Shown piece by piece: positions 9,330 through 16,963 of a DNA stretch of 24,962 nucleotides; position 1 is the stretch's first letter; every line of letters begins with the position of its first letter. Source of the DNA: an uncultured Chthonomonadaceae bacterium (GTDB taxonomy: Bacteria; Armatimonadota; Chthonomonadetes; Chthonomonadales; Chthonomonadaceae). Both the position numbers and the translations under genes were made by a program. The stretch covers positions 1 to 24,962 of the forward strand of contig CAWIEK010000052.1 of NCBI GenBank assembly GCA_963835065.1, given 5' to 3'. The notes beneath the pieces were generated by a model, which was given only the letters and a program-made list of their open reading frames with translations, did no database searches and had not been told where the DNA came from.

Positions 9330-10838
9330 ATGGATGCGCCAAACACGATAATGCTACGTTCCGAAGAACGTACCGTGATGGGAATGAACAAAGCCAAGTG
9401 GCTTATCATATTGATCGCCTGGTTGGGATGGGGATTCGACGTCTTCGATGGGCTGTTGTTCATCTATGTCGCTCCGAATTGCGTTCCCACGTTGCTGCAT
9501 CTGCAAATCGGCTCGTCCCAGGCGCAATCGGCTACCCTGGCATGGGTTGGCGGGCTGACGTCGATCCTCCTTTTGGGATGGTGTGCGGGCGGGATATTTT
9601 TCGGTTGGCTGGACAGCCGCATCGGACATATACGCACACTCCTGCTCACGATGGCGCTGTACTCGCTTGGAACCGCTTTATGCGCGGTTGCGCCGAACAT
9701 CTGGATACTGGCGCTTTGTCGGCTGGTCGCGAGTCTTGGTATTGGCGGCGAATGGGCGGCAGGCGCGGCCCTGGTAGCGGAAACCGTGCCTCCACAGCGG
9801 CGGGTCGAGGCGGGCGCATTGCTGTATACGGCATCGCCCATCGGCCTGTTTCTGGCCGGCCTGGTGAACTATCAGGTCGCCGGGGTGTATTTCAAGGCCC
9901 ATCCCGAAGTGTCATGGCGCTATGTCTTTCTGTTCGGATTGTTTCCCGCCTGCATCGCCCTGCTGCTGCGCCTGTCCTCGCTCGTCCGCGAACGCCGCGA
10001 AGCAACAAACGCAACGCCGGTTAAAGCAAGCGCAGCCGCGACCCGGCCTCAATTAAGCGATCTGTTCAAGAGGAAGCACAGCAATCCTGGTGGCCGCGTA
10101 TCCATAACCTCACCAACCGGCGGTAACACCGATCCTTGCGAACTGGCCGTTACAGATTTACGAACGCGCGCCCGCAAAGTTATAGATTTACCAACCCGCA
10201 CCCTCAGCGGCTTTCTCATGGCGTTGATTGCCCTGATAACCTGGTGGAGTACCAACGCTTTTATACCGACTATTGGGACGGAACTGGCGCGGCACAGCGC
10301 GAAACTGCATGGGCTGGACACGGCTGCGACAGCGGCATTGGGCGAACAGTGGAAGGCAACGGCGACCAACAACTTCAATCTGGGCGGCTTAATCGGCATA
10401 CTGCTGACAGTTCCCATTGCCCTCAAGTACGGACGAAAGCCGATGTTCGCGATATACTTCGCGGCTTCCTCCCTTTCTCTTCTCGCCGCGTTTGGCCTGA
10501 ACCTGCCGCCACAAACGCGCCTGTTCATGTATTTTCCAATCGGCCTGAGCGTGTTCGGAATTTTCTCCAGCTTCACTTTTTATCTTCCAGAGCTATTCCC
10601 CTGGCGGTGGCGGGCCATAGGAGCCGGATTTTGCTACAATATAGGGCGCGTCCTTGCCGCCATCGGGCCGTTCCTGGTGGGCCACATCTCCTCATTGGGC
10701 GCAAACGCCCTGACAAGCGCGCTGGCCGCGCTCTTCTGGGTGGGCTTCGTTCCCATTGCCGGACTGCTCGCGCTTCCCTGGGTACTCGAAACGCGCGATT
10801 GGAAATTTGAAACGCCACCTTCCTCCGTAAAAATATAA
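9330..10838 (+). CDS. MFS transporter (sialate/aromatic-acid:H+ symporter-like)
   Basis: About 12 hydrophobic segments, AWLGWGFDVFD, a motif-A-like GWLDSRIGH, LGIGGEWAAGAALVAE and YLPELFP..R..GAGFCYNIGR. ATG at 9330 follows AAAGGA. Confidence 0.9.
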   Translation: MDAPNTIMLRSEERTVMGMNKAKWLIILIAWLGWGFDVFDGLLFIYVAPNCVPTLLHLQIGSSQAQSATLAWVGGLTSILLLGWCAGGIFFGWLDSRIGHIRTLLLTMALYSLGTALCAVAPNIWILALCRLVASLGIGGEWAAGAALVAETVPPQRRVEAGALLYTASPIGLFLAGLVNYQVAGVYFKAHPEVSWRYVFLFGLFPACIALLLRLSSLVRERREATNATPVKASAAATRPQLSDLFKRKHSNPGGRVSITSPTGGNTDPCELAVTDLRTRARKVIDLPTRTLSGFLMALIALITWWSTNAFIPTIGTELARHSAKLHGLDTAATAALGEQWKATATNNFNLGGLIGILLTVPIALKYGRKPMFAIYFAASSLSLLAAFGLNLPPQTRLFMYFPIGLSVFGIFSSFTFYLPELFPWRWRAIGAGFCYNIGRVLAAIGPFLVGHISSLGANALTSALAALFWVGFVPIAGLLALPWVLETRDWKFETPPSSVKI

Positions 10839-10841
10839 GGC

Positions 10842-10912
10842 GTAGGGGCAAACCCCTGTGTTTGCCCGAATGTAGGGGCAACCCCCCGTGTTTGCCCCCA
10901 ACGTGTTTGCCC
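10842..10912 (+). repeat. tandem GTAG-type REP elements
   Basis: GTAGGGGCAAACCCCTGTGTTTGCCC (10842-10867) and GTAGGGGCAACCCCCCGTGTTTGCCC (10872-10897) repeat at a 30-bp period. Each is GTAG plus a GGGCAA..TTGCCC hairpin. A third partial copy CGTGTTTGCCC is at 10902-10912. They sit between convergent stop codons. Confidence 0.75.
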
Positions 10913-10940
10913 GCCCAACTGGTTATAGAATCACAATCCT

Positions 10941-12569
10941 TTAGCGGCGGGGCGTGCCGATTTTCACCAGCACAACGCCGTGCGAGGGAACGGTTGCGCT
11001 GTAGCTGTCGGAGAAAGCGCCCATATCCTTTTGACGCCACAGGTCGCGCACTTTCTGGCGTCCGCTCAATTTCAAGTCGGAGAAATTGACGCTGACGGAC
11101 ATTTCGGTTGGGCCGACATTGAACAATCCTACTGCAAGCGTACCGTCTTCCAGTTCTTTAGAGTAAACAAAGGCGTTGCCGCCGGGGTTATCGGCGGGCG
11201 GCGTATTGTACGCGGGAACCGTAAACGTCGGCCCGGAAATTTTGACCGCGCCCTTGCCCAGAGCGTCCTGATTGACGGCAAGCACTTCGTCGTTGGTGAG
11301 CAGGCTGAGGGTGAACGGGTCGAGTTTTTCCATGTCGCAGCCGATGAGGAGCGGGGCGGACAGCAGGCTCCACATCGAAATGTGGGTAAACTGCTCATCG
11401 GGCGTCAGATGGGTGTAGTGCATCGGCTGCGCCAGGCTCACGGTTCCCAAAACGAGCATATCCGTGTCGTTCCAATGCCCCGGCCCGGAGTAAGGCTGCC
11501 AGCGATCCTGCGAAAAGGCGATTTGCCCCATGCCGTTCTGCCATCGCTGCCGGGCGCGTCCCCAACTGTCGGCAATGTCGCCTGTCGTGCGCCAGGCGTT
11601 GGCAAGCCGCACCCAATCCTCGGCGTGATTGAGCGGCGCGGAATTGGAAAGGCTCAACACGATGTCGCGCCCGCTTTTGCGCAAAGCCTGATTGATCTCC
11701 GACGTGCTTTCCACATCGTTCGGGTTCCAGTCGTATTTCAGATAGTCGAAGCCCCACGCGGCCCACTGTTTGGCGTCCGCATCGGCAAAATGGTACGGCC
11801 CGATGTGCTGATACTGGCCGTTGGCCTGCGCCCGCGTCCACGTTCCTTCGGGCTTGTCGCTGGAACCGCCGGGGTAACTGGCATACGAGGTCATCCAGGG
11901 CGTGGAGTAAATGCCGGCTTTCAGTCCCATGCCGTGCAGTTGGTCGCACAGGCTTTTCATATCCGGGAATTTGGAATTGGCTTGCAGCGCGTGGTCCGGC
12001 CCCGTCCGCTCGCCCTGCCACGTATCGTCAATGTTGACATAACTCCAGCCGTGATTGACAAGGCCGGAAGACACGATGATTTTGGCCGAGCGCAGCACCT
12101 TTTCCTGATCCACCCGGCCCGCCCAACTGTTCCAACTGTTCCAGCCGAGTGGGGGCGTGAGCGCGATTTTGTCGCCGAGGATGATTTTCAGGGTTTTGTT
12201 CGCGGTTCCCTGCGCATTGCGGGCCGTGAGCCGGACATTAAACTCGCCCGCTGTGGCTGCGACACCGGTGATAATGCCGGTCTGCGGGTCGAGAGTAAGC
12301 CCTTTAGGCAGGCCGCGCGCGGCAAACGTCATGGGGCGAATGCCGGTTGCCGGAATGGTATACATAAACGGGCTGCCGGGCCGCTGTCCGTACACATTCG
12401 CGCCGTTGATGCGCGGCTTGTCGGGCGCGGGCGGCGTCAAAATACGCGCCGAATAATCCGGCGTTCCCGCTTGCTGAGGGGCAGGAGAAGTCGGGTTCTG
12501 CTGCGCGCGTCCGGCAATGGAGAGGAGACACAGCAAACCTGCCGCGCCCAAAATTTTCGCTTGATTCAT
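10941..12569 (-). CDS. secreted GH27 alpha-galactosidase-like glycoside hydrolase with an N-terminal putative Ig (He_PIG) domain
   Basis: Signal peptide MNQAKILGAAGLLCLLSIAGRA, He_PIG-like GLPKGLTLDPQTGIITG, TPPLGWNSWN, IDDTW, FDYLKYDW (nucleophile Asp), WRTTGDI (acid/base Asp), GHWNDTDML and a C-terminal beta-domain RDLWRQ...VPSHG. ATG at 12569 follows GGAAGG. Confidence 0.92.
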   Translation of the reverse strand: MNQAKILGAAGLLCLLSIAGRAQQNPTSPAPQQAGTPDYSARILTPPAPDKPRINGANVYGQRPGSPFMYTIPATGIRPMTFAARGLPKGLTLDPQTGIITGVAATAGEFNVRLTARNAQGTANKTLKIILGDKIALTPPLGWNSWNSWAGRVDQEKVLRSAKIIVSSGLVNHGWSYVNIDDTWQGERTGPDHALQANSKFPDMKSLCDQLHGMGLKAGIYSTPWMTSYASYPGGSSDKPEGTWTRAQANGQYQHIGPYHFADADAKQWAAWGFDYLKYDWNPNDVESTSEINQALRKSGRDIVLSLSNSAPLNHAEDWVRLANAWRTTGDIADSWGRARQRWQNGMGQIAFSQDRWQPYSGPGHWNDTDMLVLGTVSLAQPMHYTHLTPDEQFTHISMWSLLSAPLLIGCDMEKLDPFTLSLLTNDEVLAVNQDALGKGAVKISGPTFTVPAYNTPPADNPGGNAFVYSKELEDGTLAVGLFNVGPTEMSVSVNFSDLKLSGRQKVRDLWRQKDMGAFSDSYSATVPSHGVVLVKIGTPRR

Positions 12570-12898
12570 CACTATGCTTCCTTCCAGGTAATTCTTTCCA
12601 AAAGAGAAGGGTTTACCGCGTCGCTGCGGAGTCGCCGTACACGGTTCCGCGTCCGCGTATGCGGACGTAAACACGCTTGACGTAAACACGCCTATAGATA
12701 CGTGAATCGCCCGGAATTTGCAGCACCGGTCCCTATGGATGCGCGTCGTCATGGATACGCGCTCAGGTTTCCCGACGTCATTGGAGCTAAATCGGCCCCC
12801 AACACCGTTGAGTACGCCGACGTACTCGCCACTCCCTCCTCCCTGTTCCTCAAAATGGGCTGTAGACGGAGGAAGAAAAGCGAAAAGTTCGCTTGCGC

Positions 12899-12967
12899 AA
12901 AAATTTATGAAAAATTTATGAAAGAATTTGCGTTTTTCTGTTCAAACGCCGAAAATTGGTTTATAAT
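12899..12967 (+). promoter_or_regulatory. 11-bp-period direct repeat upstream of a TATAAT -10 box
   Basis: AAAAATTTATG x2 (12899-12920), an imperfect third unit AAAGAATTTGC, and TATAAT at 12962-12967, between the divergent GH27 and FGE genes. Confidence 0.45.
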
Positions 12968-13179
12968 GGAGATGGCGTTCCCAACGGTACCTTTACCGGC
13001 AGTTTGAACGCGCTTCCTTTTCCCCGCTGAAAAACCCTGCTGGCCCCTGTCCGGCCACTCCGCCCGCGAAAGCGCCCTTGCATCCGCCACAATGCCGTGG
13101 TTGAGAAATGTTTCTCGTTTCCAGCCTATTGGCTTGTTCCAGCCTGAGCGCAAGATGTTTTTTCAGGAGCGAAGTTGTC

Positions 13180-14247
13180 GTGCTTTTTTACCCTGTATTG
13201 CCTGCATTGCCAGTCATCCTGCGCGTTCTATTCCCGCATGACAAACCGGCATTGTCCGAATACCGAACACCGAACGCCGAACACCGCCCCGCGCATGTCG
13301 CGTCCTCTCCGGCTTCCACACCTGCTGGCATGGCGCGGATACCGGCGGGACGCTTTGCAATGGGATCGGATTTTCCGCAATTTACGGATGCGCGGCCTAT
13401 CCATGCCGTTACGCTGGACAGTTTTTACATGGATCGCGCGCCCGTGACCAATGCGCAGTTCGCGCGTTTTGTCCGGGCTGCGGGCTATGTGACGGTTGCC
13501 GAGCGCAAGCCCGACGCGCGCAATTTCCCCGGCGTTCCCGCCGACAAGCTCGTGCCCGGTTCCGTCGTGTTCCTGCCGCCCAAACGCGCCGTGCCCCTCG
13601 ACGATGTTTCGCAATGGTGGCGGTACGTGCCGGGCGCAAGCTGGAAACACCCGGAAGGGCCAAACAGCAGCCTGCATGGACGCGAACAGCATCCTGTCGT
13701 GCAGGTGTGTTGGGAAGACGCCGTTGCGTATGCGCGCTGGGCCGGTAAGCGATTGCCGACCGAAGCCGAATGGGAGTACGCGGCGCGGGGCGGGCTGGCG
13801 CGGCAGCCGTATGTGTGGGGCAAGGTGTTCCGTCCCGGCGGCAAGTACATGGCGAACACATTCCAGGGGCATTTCCCTAATCAAAATCAGAAATCGGATG
13901 GATGGGAGCGCACCTCACCCGTCACCCGTTTCCCCGCCAACGGTTTCGGGCTTTACGACATGGCCGGCAATGTGTGGCAGTGGTGCCAGGACTGGTATCG
14001 GCCCGATTATTTTGCGCACAGCCCGGTCCGCAACCCTTCCGGCCCCGCTGATAGCGCCGACCCGATGGAACCCGGCGTCCCCAAGCGGGTGCAAAAGGGC
14101 GGTTCCTTTTTGTGTTCGGAGCAATACTGCTGCCGCTATATGCCGGGCGGGCGCGGTAAGGGCGCGGTAGATACGGGCGCTTCTAATGTTGGTTTTCGCT
14201 GTGCGGTGTCCCTGCGGGATGCGGCGCGGGTACGAAGAGGCTTATAA
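13180..14247 (+). CDS. formylglycine-generating enzyme (SUMF1/FGE-sulfatase family)
   Basis: GRFAMGS, PVTNAQF, HPVVQVCWEDA, KRLPTEAEWEYAARGG, NGFGLYDMAGNVWQW, KGGSFLCSEQYCCRY (catalytic CxxxxC pair) and NVGFRC. The start is uncertain: GTG 13180 follows AGGAG, but the ORF is open from 13108. Confidence 0.9.
   Translation: MLFYPVLPALPVILRVLFPHDKPALSEYRTPNAEHRPAHVASSPASTPAGMARIPAGRFAMGSDFPQFTDARPIHAVTLDSFYMDRAPVTNAQFARFVRAAGYVTVAERKPDARNFPGVPADKLVPGSVVFLPPKRAVPLDDVSQWWRYVPGASWKHPEGPNSSLHGREQHPVVQVCWEDAVAYARWAGKRLPTEAEWEYAARGGLARQPYVWGKVFRPGGKYMANTFQGHFPNQNQKSDGWERTSPVTRFPANGFGLYDMAGNVWQWCQDWYRPDYFAHSPVRNPSGPADSADPMEPGVPKRVQKGGSFLCSEQYCCRYMPGGRGKGAVDTGASNVGFRCAVSLRDAARVRRGL
13256..13285 (+). repeat. 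heptamer tandem repeat (CCGAAYR x4) inside the FGE N-terminal linker
   Basis: CCGAATA CCGAACA CCGAACG CCGAACA, translated within SEYRTPNAEHR. Confidence 0.8.
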
Positions 14248-14267
14248 AAGGCTTAAAAGGAATACTT

Positions 14268-15704
14268 ATGCTGAAATGCCTGCTTGCAACCCTGTTTCTG
14301 TTGTGCGCGATTTTCCCCGCGCAATGCCAAACGCGCTCTGATACGCGCCCCAACATCATTTTTATTCTGGCCGATGATTTAGGCTATGGCGATCTGGGCA
14401 GTTACGGGCAGAAGTGGATACGGACGCCCAATTTGGATCGCATGGCGCGCGAGGGGATGCGCTTCACGCAGTTTTACGCGGGTTCCACCGTTTGCGCCCC
14501 TTCGCGCTGCGCCCTGATGACCGGCCTGCACACGGGGCACAGCATCGTGCGCGGCAACAACTCGTTCGGCCTGCGCCCCAATGAAAACACGATTGCCAAA
14601 ACGCTGAAGCAGGCGGGCTACCGCACGGGATTGATTGGCAAATGGGGGTTGGGCGACGAGGGCAGCGCGGGCGTCCCGCTGTGCCAGGGCTTCGATTATT
14701 TCTACGGCTACCTGAACCATATCCATGCCCACAACAATTATCCCCGCTTTTTGTGCCGCAACAACGGGCGCGTCCTTCTGCGCAACGTGGTTGCCAACGA
14801 GGGCCGCGATGGGCAGGGAATGGCGACCACGCGCCGACAGTACAGCAACGATCTGTTCGCGGGGGAAGCGCACCGCTACATTGACGCCAACAAGGACAAT
14901 CCCTTTTTCCTGTACCTCGCGTTTACGATTCCCCACGCCAACAACGAAGCGCGGCGCAACGGCATGGAAGTGCCCTCGCATGGCATGTACCGCGACAAAC
15001 TGTGGCCCCGCTCCGAAAAAGGCTATGCGGCCATGATTACCCGCCTGGACAGCTACGTCGGCAGCCTGATGGCGCATCTGCAGCGGCTCGGGCTGGACAA
15101 AAACACGCTGGTCATCTTTTCCTCGGACAACGGCCCGCACAACGAAGGCTACCACAACCCGCTGTTCTTCGGGTCGGGCGGTCCCTTGCGGGGTATCAAG
15201 CGGGACTTGTATGAGGGCGGCGTCCGCATCCCGATGATCGCGCGCTGGCCCGATACCATCCCTGCCGGCGTGGTTTCCAATCAGGTCGGCTGGTTCCCCG
15301 ACTTCTTCCCCACGCTTTCCCGGCTTGCCGGCGCGCAAACCCCCAGGGGTCTGGACGGCGTGAACCTGCTGCCCACCCTGTTCGGCCAGCCCAATCGCCA
15401 GAAACAGCATCCTTATCTGTACTGGGAATTCAACGAACGGGGATTTTCGCAGGCGGCGCGGGTTGGCGATTGGAAAGGCATCTATGTGAACCCGGGCATG
15501 CCCATGCAGTTGTTCGATCTGCGCTCCGACATGGGCGAAACGCGCGATGTCGCCGCCGAACATCCCGACGTGGTCGCGAAACTCCAAAAGGTGATGCAAA
15601 AGGCGCATGTCCCTGCCCCCAACTGGCAAGCGCCCGGCCAGAAGAGCCGCCTTCCCCTTTCCGCAACCCTCGCCGCCGCGCCCCCATCCCGCCCCGCCCG
15701 CTAA
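14268..15704 (+). CDS. secreted Cys-type (formylglycine-dependent) arylsulfatase-family protein
   Basis: Signal peptide, RPNIIFILADDLG, the CAPSR signature (CxPxR) with LMTG, GKWGLG, SSDNG, KRDLYEGGVR and LFDL..D.GE. Confidence 0.93.
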   Translation: MLKCLLATLFLLCAIFPAQCQTRSDTRPNIIFILADDLGYGDLGSYGQKWIRTPNLDRMAREGMRFTQFYAGSTVCAPSRCALMTGLHTGHSIVRGNNSFGLRPNENTIAKTLKQAGYRTGLIGKWGLGDEGSAGVPLCQGFDYFYGYLNHIHAHNNYPRFLCRNNGRVLLRNVVANEGRDGQGMATTRRQYSNDLFAGEAHRYIDANKDNPFFLYLAFTIPHANNEARRNGMEVPSHGMYRDKLWPRSEKGYAAMITRLDSYVGSLMAHLQRLGLDKNTLVIFSSDNGPHNEGYHNPLFFGSGGPLRGIKRDLYEGGVRIPMIARWPDTIPAGVVSNQVGWFPDFFPTLSRLAGAQTPRGLDGVNLLPTLFGQPNRQKQHPYLYWEFNERGFSQAARVGDWKGIYVNPGMPMQLFDLRSDMGETRDVAAEHPDVVAKLQKVMQKAHVPAPNWQAPGQKSRLPLSATLAAAPPSRPAR

Positions 15705-15744
15705 CCCCCTCCGCGCAACCCTGCTTTTGTCCCATCAAACACAC

Positions 15745-15780
15745 TTCCGGCGCTTCTGAAACTTCTCAGAAACGCCGGAA
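15745..15780. terminator. hairpin between convergent genes (probable terminator)
   Basis: TTCCGGCG-c-TTCTGA / TCAGAA-a-CGCCGGAA stem with one mismatch and a 6-nt loop. Confidence 0.6.
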
Positions 15781-15803
15781 TAACGATCCCTTGACTTTCT
15801 CGT

Positions 15804-16775
15804 TTTTCAGGTCAATCATTTTTTGTTTCCTGTTCCTGTGGCTGGCTTGGATGAAGCAGTTCGCTAATGGACGCTTCCTGAGCATTGGAAACACCCCGCA
15901 ACAAGGTTTCACCGGGCACAGAGGCAGCATCCGAGGCGCGTACCAACGTTCGGCTTTGTTGGGCTTCGGCCCATTGTGACTCCAGGCTTTTCAAGCAATT
16001 CTCCGCCGCCAGATAGATGGGAACATTGACGGACGCGGCTCCCAGATTCTTCGCGGTAATGCGCTTCAATGCAGGCACGGCATCCACATCGCCGATAGTC
16101 CGTAAACAGTGGATGATAGCCAGCACGAACTCCTGCTTGGTGTTGTGATTTCCGTTCATCGCCCGATACAAGCTTTTCCTGGCCTCTGCATCCAACAAAG
16201 CCGAGCCATTCGGTCCTGCTATTGGCAGAAGGCGCGTCAGGACATATTCTATTTCCTGCGCAACAATATGCGTACTCGTGTGGAGCGCTTTGGCGAGACA
16301 GCCGATAGATTGCTTGTCCTCTGCAGTCTTCAAAACGGCGATGCCTTGAACTACAGCGCGCCCTGTGTCGGCTTTTAGTTTTTCGACTTTGAAAACGTAT
16401 GCTGCCCATAGGACGCCGCCTACAATCCCAACGACGCCGGAACTAATCTGGCGTTCGACGCAAGACACGGTAAAAAGAAAAATAAATATAACAAGTGGTA
16501 TACCTATTATAGGCAAACCGTTAATGCGTATGTTCGTAGGTGAGAGCAGCCATGTTAAGTTGTGCAGGCGGGCGGTTTTGTCCAGTCGAGCAATCCATTC
16601 AGAATTGATGATATTCGGCTCACCATCTTGTGTAGAAACAACGAAGTTGTTCGTTGTTTGAACCTTTCCATCTTCGGACATCACGTAAGCGCTCCTGTCT
16701 GAATCCTTATCGAACTGCCTGTCGCAGCAAATCCTATTCCTATAATACCTGCGTTGACAACTCTTTTCAGGTCAA
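15804..16775. repeat. 12-bp direct repeat TTTTCAGGTCAA (15804-15815 and 16764-16775) flanking one gene
   Basis: Both copies are exact and each is preceded by TTGAC, giving TTGAC-N15-GTCAA and TTGAC-N12-GTCAA. The left copy contains the enclosed gene's stop codon. Confidence 0.6.
15812..16684 (-). CDS. hypothetical membrane protein: two TM helices followed by HEAT/PBS-like helical repeats
   Basis: Two hydrophobic segments, then DKQSIGCLAKAL, FVLAIIHCLRTIGDVDAVPALKRI and AAENCL, and a C-terminal TLVRAS...ETLLRG...ELLHP. The DNA is visibly AT-richer than its neighbours. AGGAG RBS upstream. Confidence 0.7.
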   Translation of the reverse strand: MMSEDGKVQTTNNFVVSTQDGEPNIINSEWIARLDKTARLHNLTWLLSPTNIRINGLPIIGIPLVIFIFLFTVSCVERQISSGVVGIVGGVLWAAYVFKVEKLKADTGRAVVQGIAVLKTAEDKQSIGCLAKALHTSTHIVAQEIEYVLTRLLPIAGPNGSALLDAEARKSLYRAMNGNHNTKQEFVLAIIHCLRTIGDVDAVPALKRITAKNLGAASVNVPIYLAAENCLKSLESQWAEAQQSRTLVRASDAASVPGETLLRGVSNAQEASISELLHPSQPQEQETKND

Positions 16776-16783
16776 ATTATAGT
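16754..16783 (+). promoter_or_regulatory. sigma70 promoter for the PSD1 gene
   Basis: TTGACA (16754-16759)-18 bp-TATAGT (16778-16783). Confidence 0.6.
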
Positions 16784-16963
16784 TTTAGGTAGCAGAAACC
16801 CGTTACTTGTAGGTTTGTAACAAAGCGCCTTTTCGTTTGCAAAGGTCGGATTCCTGCCAAATTGGGAAGTCAGCCAACGCCAAACGTGGTAAGATAGAAG
16901 AGGATGTTTTCTTTTCAATGTCTTAATTCTGATGTTGTTTTCGCTTCCATGAGGAATACTCCT

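Noticed and set aside
10842..10912. Possible CRISPR array
   Set aside because: The repeats are nearly contiguous with no unique 30-40-bp spacers, and there are no cas genes.
10980..12680. 566-aa plus-strand ORF (and similar long antisense ORFs at 14379-15629 and 23268-24476)
   Set aside because: Shadows of real genes on the opposite strand in GC-rich DNA, with no recognisable motifs.
12613..12730. Possible ~37-aa minus-strand small ORF (VLQIPGDSRIYRRVYVKRVYVRIRG...) upstream of the GH27 gene
   Set aside because: Weak start and RBS, no recognisable family. The repeated RVYV simply reflects a 15-bp-period duplication.
12969..13020. Resemblance to the 5' end of a fluoride riboswitch (GGAGATGGCGTTCCC)
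   Set aside because: The P1 pairing is imperfect, the downstream GCT(A/G)ATGAC pseudoknot segment is missing, and the gene context does not fit. An Rfam cmsearch would settle it.
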